From NCBI GenBank assembly GCA_965649765.1, contig OZ287749.1, positions 64,170,001-64,234,000 on the forward strand: a stretch of DNA of 64,000 bases, in the 5' to 3' direction. Origin of the DNA: Bispira polyomma (Eukaryota). Below the pieces are notes generated by a model. The model was not told where the DNA came from, made no database searches, and saw only the letters and a list, made by a program, of their open reading frames with translations. A program made the translations under genes and the position numbers. Below, in pieces: positions 42,440 through 53,849 of the stretch (positions are counted from its first letter, which is position 1; each line of letters begins with the position of its first letter).

Positions 42440-43936
42440 TAAAGCTGAATAAGTTTGTCACCCAGCAGGGTGGTTGTTATAACTTTCTACACCCCCCATA
42501 TTCCGGTACAGTCTACACTTAACATTCCTGTATGGAGGAAATTGTTAAACAGTTATTATGATCAGCTACTGGTAGAGTTGTCGGAATTTGGTTGTCCTGT
42601 TGACATGCAAGACAAGTCGATTCTCACCCAACAAGCTTGCAACCATGCTTCAGCGGGTTCCTACCTTGATCATATTGACTACTACTCAGCGACCGAACAC
42701 AAACATGGAGTTATTGAAGGTCCTTATGTCTCCCCCCCCCTTGGAAAACTTGCATATTTCACCTATGCTCACAAAATTTTGAATTGACTTATCCTACTAT
42801 AGATCACATGGTGGATTACATACAACAGTGTGGGACAGATTGTTACTTGTTTCAAGTGGACCTCCAGCAGGCATGTCGGAACCTAAGGGTTGACCCTCAT
42901 GATTATCAGTTGCTAGGGCTGTACATTGATAAGGCGATACCCTTTAGATTAAGGCATGGATCTCATTAATGCCAGAAAATTACTGACAGTATTTTTTTCA
43001 TTATCAAACAGCTAGGGTATGTAGTGTTTAATTACATTGATGACATCATCAGGTATTCATTCCTCTTATGATGAGACCATGGCAGCTTACACTTTCTTAT
43101 TGAAATTGCTGACCGATTTAGGTCTCCCAGTCAGTCCGGGCAAGTTGGAACCTTCTAGTAAGTGTATTACTTGCTTAGAGCTTAGCATAGATGTCATCAA
43201 AGGGTACTTTGAGTTTGCCACCAGATAAATTACTTGAAATCACTGAATTGTGTGTTAATTGGTCAACTACAAAGTTTGCAGCAAAACATCAAGTTCAGAG
43301 CTTTGATGGTAAGCTCTTATACATCAGTAAATCTGTCAGGCATGCTAGGTTGTTCATCAATAGAATTTTACACGTGCTGCGAACTTGTCCGGAAAGAGGC
43401 AGGTTTAAGATAAGTAGTTCCTTCATGGCTGATGTCAAGTGGTTTTTAAAATTTCTAGCACAATTTAATGGTGTTGTATTGTATGATAAGCCAAAACTGG
43501 ATAATAAAATTGTGTATGCGGATGCTAGTTTAACTGGACTTGGAGCAGTGCATAACCAAATGTCAAGGAGGCTCCAAAACTTATTGTTCATTTAGAAATG
43601 CTTAATGTGTTCACTGTTCTCACTTTGTGGTTGCCTTCATTTAAAGGTTCTAATGTCATCTTGTATTGTGAAAATTTTGCTGTGTTCAATGTACTCAATT
43701 TGGATAAAGGGAAGGATACTTATGTTAATACAGTGGCTCGGCACATTTGGTTACTTACGGCGGCACATGCCATTACTTTGCAGGTTAGACATGTGCCGGG
43801 TGTAGATAATGTGGGGGCAGATCTGTTGTCCAGATATTCGGACAGGCTCAATTTTATGCCATCTTTTCGTATTTACAACTGCTACAGGTGCCCTGTCATG
43901 ACACCTCCCTCACTAATGATATTTAATGGTTACTAA
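42440..43936 (+). pseudogene. RT-RNase H (pol) of element 1, frameshifted, internal deletion
   Basis: HIPVQSTLNIPVWR, NHASA, HISPML, YPTID, VDLQQACRNLRVDP, PFRLRHG, YIDD, GKLLYISKSVRHARLFINRIL, YADAS, HVPGVDNVGADLLSR. Confidence 0.92.
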
Positions 43937-43965
43937 TAATTGTGTATATATGTTTGTTATTACAG

Positions 43966-44940
43966 GTTCCACTCAGATAAAGCATTTAGTGACTGCGGCT
44001 TAAGCCAGGGCTAAAATGGTATATCAGCCCAAAACTAGGGCCTTGTATTATAGGACTATGTCCACTTTTCTTAAGTTTCGTGTTCAGAATTCTGTGCCCC
44101 ACCTCCAATACTCCCTTAGTGTGATACTGGCGTACATTAAACATTTGGTTCAGGTGGGACTCACTTACTCTTCCATTCAAAATCATTTGTCAGCTTTAAA
44201 GCATTATTTCAGAAGGTTTGGCCTAGATATAGAAATTTTTAGTGACGTACATGTGGTCATGCTTCTAAAGGCAATGAATAACAATGTAGCTAGACATGTC
44301 AAAGTGAAAGACATTTTCGGGGTACAAGACCTCATACATATTTGTGCTCGATGTGACAGTATCCCACATGGGATGGTTTTCAAGGCAATGTTCTTAGTGG
44401 CTTTCTTTGGCCTATTTAGAATATTTACTTGTTATCACATGCAGTGTTTCAGTATGATTGGGAACGACTCTTATTACGTTGTGATGTACAGTTTCAGTCA
44501 CCAAGTTTGGTGATAAAGGTTAGATGGACCAAAACAATGAAAAGTCAACAAGCTAGTGGGTCGTTGCAGTTACCTTTTATTAACGGTTCCCCACTTTGTC
44601 CAACAAAAGCAGTTAAACAAATGGTTGATTGTTATCTGCCTTACCCGGATGCACCACCTTTTGTGCTACCTGGTTTACAAAGTCAATACAAAATGTTGAC
44701 AGATGTCAAAGTGCGTTATGTATTAAAGGATATTTCAGTAGGCCTTGGCCTCAATACTAGTACTCTTGTTTTCATGCATTCAGGTGTTCAGGGGCTTCAC
44801 TCCTGTTTCAAAATAATATTCTACTACAGTGTCTTCAGGCACATGTGGGACTTGTACCACAGATGCAGTTTGGGCTTACTTGCAAACTGGGGCCAATCTT
44901 TCTATCATTGCTTATGCTTTTCAGGCCATTCTATCTTAAA
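43966..44940 (+). pseudogene. Tyrosine recombinase of element 1, frameshifted
   Basis: N-terminal binding domain (SIQNHLSALKHYF), FLVAFFGLFR, WTKTMK, SPLCP; in a shifted frame FHAFRCSGAS, H(V)GTCTTDAVWAY. Confidence 0.9.
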
Positions 44941-45010
44941 AAAAAAAAATGAAAAATTAATAAGTATTTCCAAACTTTCTTATTCTTATTTACTTGTTTG
45001 GCTTAGGGTG

Positions 45011-46159
45011 GTTATTATTCTAGTATTCGCTTCAAATAATCACATAATCTGTCACGGTGGTAGCCATTGGCTAATACTTGTATGTAATACAAAACCATAA
45101 TCTGTCATGGTGGTAGCCTATTGGCTAATACTTGTATGTGATACAAAACTTATAAAAAATGTATGAAAAATAAACAAAATATACCAAGAGGTACTGTGTT
45201 ATACATTTGTGTTAATTCAAGGTCAAAAATTGACTCGACTTTGGTTACTGTGGTGAGGTTGTGATAACGAAGGCTTGTAGCAAGCTCATTTAGTGACAAA
45301 GGTCAGGGACTTTTGTAGGCAGCTTTGGTCGTTGCAGTTCATTTTTGGCACCAACTGGGACGGACGTATAATTTTATTCCCAACTTGTCCTCCCCTCAAG
45401 GCTATGGTTAAGGTTATAAGGTTATTCACCTTAGCTGTTAATTTAATTAAATGTTGTTGGAATGGTTATTATTCTAGTATTCACTTCAAATAATCACATA
45501 ATCTGTCACGGTCGTAGCCATTGGCTAATACTTGTATGTAATACAAAACCATAATCTGTCATGGTGGTAGCCTATTGGCTAATACTTGTATGTGATACAA
45601 AACTTATAAAAAATGTATGAAAAATAAACAAAATATACCAAGAGGTACTGTGTTATACATTTGTGTTAATTCAAGGTCAAAAATTGACTCGACTTTGGTT
45701 ACTGTGGTGAGGTTGTGATAACGAAGGCTTGTAGCAAGCTCATTTAGTGACAAAGGTCAGGGACTTTTGTAGGCAGCTTTGGTCGTTGCAGTTCATTTTT
45801 GGCACCAACTGGGACGGACGTATAATTTTATTCCCAACTTGTCCTCCCCTCAAGGCTATGGTTAAGGTTATAAGGTTATTCACCTTAGCTGTTAATTTAA
45901 TTAAATGTTGTTGGAATGGTTATTATTCTAGTATTCACTTCAAATAATCACATAATCTGTCACGGTCGTAGCCATTGGCTAATACTTGTATGTAATACAA
46001 AACCATAATCTGTCATGGTGGTAGCCAATTGTCTAATACTTGTATGTGATACAAAACTTAAGAAAGAATGCATGAAAAATAAACAAAATATACTAAGAGA
46101 TACTGTGTTATATATTTGTGTTAATTTAAGGTCAAAAATGGACTCGACTTTGATCACTG
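45011..46159 (+). repeat. 3' terminal array B1-A2-B2-A3-B3 (454-bp period)
   Basis: Identical ORF-track peptides at 45293 and 45747; B units at ~45011-45250, 45464-45704 and 45918-46159. Confidence 0.95.
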
Positions 46160-46951
46160 AGATATACAAGCTGCTGTTCTCTATTGGGATCTACATGATT
46201 CCTTCATACATAAGATAAATAATACTGAGAAGGCTAGCTTCCATAGAATTATACATTTGGCCACAGTTATTAAGTAGGGCAATTCCAGCAGTGTTAAATG
46301 TTACTTATGTTACTGGAATTGCATTACTATCAAAGGACAAATGCGTGTCATCTTTGGTGCTGAAACTCCTTATCTTTGTGTACATCTCCATAGGATGGAT
46401 ATTTAAAATTCATACATGCTTAAGTTCTTCACTGCAACCTCTAATGTAAGGAGTTTTATATTATATACTTTTGTTATATCCTTTAATAATGCAAAACGGT
46501 GGTCTTGGTTTGGTGGTTAAGGCAAAACCTGAGTTTGAGACTTAAGTTATGTATATTATATGTGGTGTGATGCATATTCGTAAATGATACATAACATTAC
46601 GTTAGACTAATGACATTTGACCTTGTTTCAAATTGGCATGCAATTAGGTAAATCAGTAAAGGTCAGAGATCGGTGTGAAAATTAGACAAGGTCTCACATA
46701 AAAATATATATACATTTTCATATACAGAAAGTCTTGCTTGATTTTAACATAAATCACATTGATAAGTTCATCATATATGTATTTTGAGCAGAGTGCAGTG
46801 GTTAGTATTTATTTATAACAGAAACTGTTGTAGCAGTATACAATTTTAAATAGGGCAATTCTACTAAACAGGTTATTCCAGTTATCAAACGTTTGCTTAA
46901 AAGGGTTTTAGTGTGTATCGTAAGCACTACATGTGCATCTAGAAGGAACTC

Positions 46952-47627
46952 TGTTGATACGGTCATCGAAGAAAGAGAATCGGTCTTGGTCTGTCGGTCA
47001 GTTTCTGGATCCCATCTCCTGAATTGGGAGATGTGAGCTTTCCATACCTCGTGCACATGCCCTGGAACCATACCTTTAGTTCATCCACTAAAAATAATAC
47101 AGCGAAAGTTGGTGAAAATCTTGAAAGTTGGTGAAAATTTTACTTTATACACATGGACACTTACAAATACTTTTCCACACATATGTGTTCAGAATCTGTC
47201 AAGATTTATTTCGAAACTTCGATCCACATAGGTTGTGCAAGTTCCAAACTAATGTTTATCAAGTTCTCTTTCATCAAGTCCCATCTACTTATATACTCAA
47301 GCTGAAACGTGGTCAGTTCAACCCAATTTTTCCTCCTCACCTCTCATTGGTAGTTCGTTGGTAGTAGATTCACACACATCGTAGTTTATTGGTGGACGTT
47401 CTTCCCTGTTATCCATGACTCATAGTCTTTTGTTAGTGGCTTCGCATCGTCTTGACAGCACCTCGTACAAGGTCAGTAGGCTGAACTTCACCCGAAGAGC
47501 CTGAAGACGTGGTTTCCTATTATGGAGATTAATCTGCAAGATCAAAGTCATAAATACTGCGAGGAATGTCGAATGCTTGTACAAGGAAGCTGCCACTAAG
47601 AAGCCACCACTACAATAAGGTGTTACA
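46952..47627 (-). mobile_element. Candidate solo LTR
   Basis: GC-richer 676-bp block bounded by TGT...ACA, with minus-strand TATATAAG and downstream AATAAA; no clean TSD. Confidence 0.35.
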
Positions 47628-48089
47628 ATCCAAAGTTACTACTTTAAAAGGCGAGTGATGTCGTGAATTTCAAACCATTTGAAATTCTCATAGCCCCACT
47701 TGCGAAGGATGGAGAGTCTGGAAGGATGGGGAATACTCATTCGTGCTCCCCAATCGCCACAGTGGGACCTAGACATTATTACTCCATTTGTTTGAAACAG
47801 CCCACATATCTCAAATGCTGTAATTACAGTCAATTTATTATGGTTGAGTTTGAACTTAGAAAGACAAACATCCTGTATTTATGTGTATGCGGGTGTGCTG
47901 CTTCACTCTTTATGTGTACACATTAATGCAGTTAGATGCAGTCGAAGTTATTTTCTCTCTTTGTCACATTCTATTTATAGCACAGACGCCGCCATGTTGT
48001 GTGTAAAAAGTCTTTGTTCAAAAAATTAAATTTAAATCCTAAAAGATCATCAATAATTGGATACCATCAGGAGTTTCCAATGTGACTTA

Positions 48090-48560
48090 TGCCATGATCA
48101 CCCTGAGTATGTTCGCGTTAGGTTTTAATTTTTATAAATGGGAGAAAACGAAGTGAAATTCTGGTAAATGTAGCCAAATATCACAGTATGGGCTGTTTTG
48201 TACACGTTCAGTACGCATCTGCACACGTTTGTGCACGCATTTAACACGTTTTAATAACCATTTATATTATGTTTGACTCGTTAGCCACATTTTGGAAATA
48301 TGTTAGCCTTATTAGCCACATTTTAGAAATATGTTAGCCACGTTTCTAAACCCATTTCGCTCTCATTCTCCTCGATTTTATTATTATTTGGATGTACAAT
48401 TTGTATTACTCCCGTCCTTTAAGTCAATTATGTATTGAATATGTGTCATACATTTCCGGCGAAGGCACCACTCGTTTCCGGAAAGATTTCAGAAAATGGC
48501 TGAAAACGTAACAAAATTCGAGCAGTCCAAAAAATTTTTACTTTTTTAAAAAAAACGGGA
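48090..48560 (+). mobile_element. MITE family B, interrupted by a family C MITE
   Basis: TTA + tgccatgatcaccctgag (degenerate TIR); body homologous to 25394-25851. Confidence 0.75.
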
Positions 48561-48566
48561 TATTAA

Positions 48567-49039
48567 TGGGCCGGTCCCACCAGATTTACGTTAGGATATG
48601 TAAGTCACGCATGGCCTTGTAAAATTTTTGATGCAAAACGTCATGCAAAACTAGAAATTTGGAATTTTCTCCACATTGAAGGGGTCAACAGACGTTGAAA
48701 TTCATGTATTAGTACGTCAAAAGCTGTAAAGTCTCGCAGGGGGTGCATAAGTTCATGTCAAAGTACATGTATGAGTACGCCAATACAAGTAAAATGACGT
48801 CATAATGACGCACATTTACACACTGTGACGCATATCCACATTTTAGGACGTCATACTTTTGCTTTTCTTGCGTGTCCAAATTTCAAACGGTTCAAAAGTA
48901 AAAATTTCTTGCATCTCAACTCTCACGCCAGGTTATGTATGCTTATGTATATTATGTCAGCTCCCGCAAATACCACGCAAAACCTACGCAAATTAATTTT
49001 CAAACGACTCCTAACGTGACGGCTGGTGGGACCAGGGTA
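48567..49039 (+). mobile_element. MITE family C, TAA TSD
   Basis: TAA-tgggccggtcccaccag ... ctggtgggaccagggta-TAA; 3' part nearly colinear with 34050-34230. Confidence 0.8.
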
Positions 49040-49440
49040 TAAGGCAAGGGTCTTTATGTGTAGGCCACACCATTCATAAAGCTTCTCCATATAATTTACT
49101 ATGTTGTGTCTGTCTCACACTGGGATTAATGCCAATAATTTAAAACACACTTCTACTGTTCTTAAATGCCAGTGGAAAATATCTAAACATAAAATGTGAG
49201 GAAAACCTGCTGAAGCAAACTAACAGAACTTAAATTTATTTTCTCATCAAATTTTAATTGATACACAGACAAATATAAGGTTATCACCACAAGAAGCATC
49301 CTACCAATACCGTAAATTTTAATATTTTAATGACAGTTTAATTAAAGTGACTAGTAGAAAACTATACATATTCACGATGTAGTAACACAGACCAGTGGCA
49401 AATATCAATTTTCTCTCTTTTTCTATTGCAGAGAAAAAGA

Positions 49441-49662
49441 CACAGGCGTGAAATACGCTAACGTTGATATGGATACTATATACTCAGGCCTACTTGGTAC
49501 CTCTGCAAATATAAATCTTACACCCCTCAATTTTGAAGCTGTTGATTGCTTCCAACTAATCCATGAGGAGTCTTACATATCATTTCTAAGATTGCAGTGC
49601 AATTTTCAAAGATGGCGGCGTTCTTTTCAGAATGAAAACAACATCAGGCTGTGCCTAATATA
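49441..49662 (-). repeat. Interspersed repeat family A, inverted copy
   Basis: Reverse complement matches 52-245. Confidence 0.75.
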
Positions 49663-50227
49663 AAATAGCCAAAGATACACAGATCACATGGTTATATTTA
49701 TTTTTCTGTCCGTGAGTTTTGTCTCATGATAATGAATCAGTAGGTGGACTTTTTAGTGTGTCATATATGGTCATGTGCATGTTATCTTCTCAATAACTCG
49801 TGGACTAGTTTTCAGTACTGGGACTGTATTTTATTAACAATACCCATTAGCTAAATTAGCTAAAATAAATGCCTCAGGGAAAATATCTACAGTATATGCA
49901 ATGCTACAGGAAATTAAAGGTATGTTAAGGATCTATTTTGTCTAAAACATTACTAGAAAACAGTTTTTGAAAACAAAATGAAGCATCCCAGTAGTTAAAG
50001 CAATAATAAAGTTGTTTAAGTGCACAAGGTTGCGGTCAAGTTGAATTTATTATATTAATAAAAAGTAACATTTGGTATTCAATCAGAATTCAATGGGTGG
50101 AGTGACTTAAATCGTATGAAGGTAACAGACAATTTTGGAGAAGCCGAAATTCTAAATGGCTGCCAAAATCTGAAATATTTTTTAAAGTTGCCATATGCTC
50201 GAATTCCTTCTATATTGCACCATTTTA

Positions 50228-50906
50228 TGCCGTGGTCACACTGGGCTTACATTTCGCTTACACACAAAAATTGACTAATGTAAGCTAAAACGTAATGAAC
50301 GTCAGTAGAACGTAAGTAAAACGTAGTAAACGTAAGTAACATGAGTAAATGTAAGTAAAATATGGTACCTCAAGTTTTTTTATTTCCCGTTTCAAAAAAA
50401 TGTCTTAATTTTTGGACTGCTTAACAATTTTTACGTTTTTAGCCATTTGCTGATAATTTTCCGGAAACGGGTGATGCATTAACGGCAAACGTATGACACA
50501 TATTCAATGCATATTTGACATAAAGGACGAGAGTAAAACGAGCTATACCTACCAATAATATTAAGGACAGGAGAACTAGAACAAAATGGTTTATAAACGT
50601 TAAAAACGAGAACAGGACTAAAACGGGTTTAAAAGTGTGGCTAACGTATTTCTAAAAATGTGGCTAAAGTGGCAAACGAGGCTAACGTATCATTAAAACA
50701 TGGCTAACGAGATAAACATAATTGAAAGGCTATTAAAACGTATTCAATGAATATACTAACATGTACAGATGCATACTAAACTTGTACAAAACGGCCCATA
50801 CATTTGATTTTTGCTACGTTTACTCATTTATCCACAGTTTTTCACTTCGTTTTCTCCCATTTATGAAAAAAAACGTAACGAGAACGTACTCAGTGTGACC
50901 ACGGCA
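50228..50906 (-). mobile_element. MITE family B, full-length copy
   Basis: Perfect 16-bp TIR tgccgtggtcacactg / cagtgtgaccacggca, flanked by TTA and TTG; splits a gcaccattttggag motif of the surrounding repeat. Confidence 0.9.
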
Positions 50907-51430
50907 TTGGAGTTAACATAAAAAGACACAGCAATTCAAGATGACTACCAAAATCAGACGATTTCTAAAAAGTTGCTGTATACTTCGTGCAGCAGACCCT
51001 GTGGGACAACAATGAGCTCAACGTAGTGCTGTATCTCGCACCATTTTGGAGTTTGCAATAAAAAATAAACATGCAAAAATTCAAGATGTCCGCTAAAATC
51101 TTAAAAAGTTGCCGTATACTCCACAGTATTTACCCATGTACCCTCTTGGATGACAATGAGCTCGAAATCGCTCTATCCTGCACCATTTTGGAGATTACAG
51201 ATGTTGTTCCAAAAAGTCGAAGAAAGTCAAGATGGTCGCCAAAATTAGAAATTTGGGGAAAAGTTGCCAAATACTTTTTGAAATATGTCCTGCATGCCCT
51301 CTCACACAGTTTTAGAGAATGAACATTTTTAAGTTCAAGATGTCCGCCAATATATGAATATCTCTGAAAAGTTCCCATATACTCCGCAGGTCAAAAATAA
51401 CCACACCGTTTTTGGGGTAACAGACGTTTT
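50907..51430 (+). repeat. Loose tandem array with ttcaagatgkccgccaa and gcaccattttggag motifs (also 50130-50227)
   Basis: Motif recurs at ~50935, 51079, 51227 and 51334. Confidence 0.7.
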
Positions 51431-53849
51431 TAAAAGAAACCCTGAATTTTCAACATTTTCTAACCTCAAATCATTATATCGTAAGAACGAGTATTTTTTT
51501 TAAACTTTCTCACAGCATATACTGGTCTAGAAATAAAGATAAAGTAAATTGTCACTTATTGAAAAAGCACCCATCAACACTGTTTTCTATTTATTGTATG
51601 GTTTATCAGCCCTGTTAATAAGTCAATTATCTCCCAATTGATCTAAACAAAATCTGACATCTATGTATTTCTAATTGAAATGTGCATGCCATATTATGTG
51701 GAATTGTGACAAGTACTTCAAAAGAAAAGTTAATCAAAGGGCAATATAGAGCAAACTACTCATTTCTTTAAAACCAACAAAAAGCCGAAATAGTTTTCTA
51801 GTTTTTAAAATAGCAATTTTCGCATTTCAATCTAAAATCAATTGGCTTGTTAGCCTATTAAATGATGCTGACATTTTATTGTTTAACATTTTTTTATTCT
51901 CCACTCAATGTTTGGTATATATTTATGTATGTATAGGTTTATATGAAAGTAATTAAAAACTATTTAAAAACAAAAACGAAAAAATCAATCATTCAGCTGT
52001 GATTCAGTCATTGATCTCAACAGTGCCTCACATCCGGACACAAAGTCCTGCCAAATTTTGTTGAGCTATGACAAACACATTCACATTCACACAATCACAA
52101 ACACATGCGAATAACCAGTGACAAGCACTTTTACACCTAAGGCATGTGATGTTTATGTAGGTCCCACTGCTGGCAAAGATAACTGACAAAATTAATTTTG
52201 ATCCAGATAATATTAAAAGAGATATTCAAGGGAGACCATTTGGCGGCGGCAAGGAAATCCAACCTGACAACAGATAAGCATGTGTTATAAGAGATGCTTA
52301 ATTAATGTTACAGTCTGTTGAAAAATGGTATCAATAATTGCTAATTTATCGACAAGCACCAATCATACAAATGGAAACATTTCTAAGTTTAAATAATTAG
52401 CTGTTTTGATTTTAAAATTTTGACAAAGATTTTTGCCCATTACCATATGTAATGTATTCTATCACTGCATAAGTTTGTTCAAGAGCTTGCAAGTGTTCGA
52501 GGCCATTATTTTTAGTATTGATTGAAAGCTTGGTCTCCATTGACTTCCCACCTCTTTGGTTGTAAGTTTAAATCCCAACTATGCTGTGTATCTAGGAAAG
52601 CTTGCAGTAGAAGACTGGTGGTTCGTAGAGCACAAAACTCTTGACTTACTACTCTGCTTTCATTTGCTCCACCAGTAAACTGGATATCATGGTCTGACAT
52701 GACGTGTTGAAAGCGACAATAACCCCCAACTAAACTAAGCATTCTTAACTAGATGGGGGTTACCTATCCACCTACCTGAGGTTGACCATGATTTGCATCA
52801 TCACACACACTCAACTAAACATCAGAAAAGTAGAGATGAGCCTGTTTGTTTGTGAGATATACTTCAGCCTTGCTTAAGTCTAAGTTTTGTCCATTTTGAA
52901 CTGATTCAAAACTAGTAAAATGTCCTTTAACGAGTAACAACTTCTTTCCTAGCCAGAAGCAGACTACTTCTGTCTAAGAAAGAAAAAGATGTTACTAATT
53001 GAATCACATTATGCTGAATCAAATCTGTACATGTTTAGAATTAGTTAGTTAGCAGTACAGAGTTGCAAAACACTGTCCTCCAGCAAGGTTACTGTCTCAC
53101 ATGCAGGCCCCAACATTAGCTTAAGTTCCATCTACTCTTGCATTGCCTTAATTTTAGGTCATCATAGCTTAACAATAAATATTTTAATTCGCTGGCATCT
53201 TTTGACCTTCCACCTCAATGTAAGGGTCATCATGGTCAAAGTTAAGCTTTCATCCTTTGACCTTCAACCTCAATTTAAACTTCACATAACATGTTAACGT
53301 CTTGCTATGGAGTACAACATGTACATAAAAACTAGATTTCATTAGTTCATATTATAAGCAACAGTCAATAATTGTAACTGTAATTGTAATCAGATTTATA
53401 GCACATATATCTACCTTCATCTGGTATTCAGAGAGCTAATTAACCCTTTTATGACTGCAACAGTCAACTGCCTCAGTTACTGTCATTCTCTAAACTGAAA
53501 AGAGAGGCTTGAAGCTGACCATTTATCCATGTCCCCAAGGATCTTTAGCCTGCCACTGGAATAGGACCCAGTGACAGAAGACGCCAATTAAGTAGTCATC
53601 TGAGTCACTAGGCAAATGTGTGTGCACATCTTGCCCAAGGATGTTATCCCAGCAAAGAAATTAGCAGCCTTTACCGGGAATAGAACCCAGGGCCTTCTGA
53701 TCATCAGATAGACTCCCTACCAAGAGGTTGAGACACAGTTCAACTTGATTCATGTGTATGAATAGATTTTGCTAACAAAATTCAGCTCTTATTTAATTTC
53801 TGAATTAACTAATAAAGGTCATGTTAGGATTATTTATTATATTTTGCAG

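Larger units (their letters stand above)
38983..46163 (+). mobile_element. Tyrosine-recombinase retrotransposon 1 (DIRS order, Ngaro-like), decayed
   Basis: gag-like ORF, RT (YIDD at ~43033), RNase H (YADAS...NVGADLLSR) and YR; split direct repeats A1 ... B1-A2-B2-A3-B3; no methyltransferase after RNase H. Confidence 0.93.

Noticed and set aside
45293-45947. Two identical 66-aa ORFs
   Set aside because: By-product of the terminal repeat duplication; GTG start and no coding features.
45011-46159. Regularly spaced repeats next to an RT, superficially CRISPR/retron/DGR-like
   Set aside because: The units are 454-bp duplicates without unique spacers and are explained as split direct repeats of a eukaryotic YR retrotransposon.
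53821-53849. ORF-track start MLGLFIIFCR as a signal peptide
   Set aside because: It coincides with a T-rich tract and TGCAG splice acceptor, so it is probably intronic.
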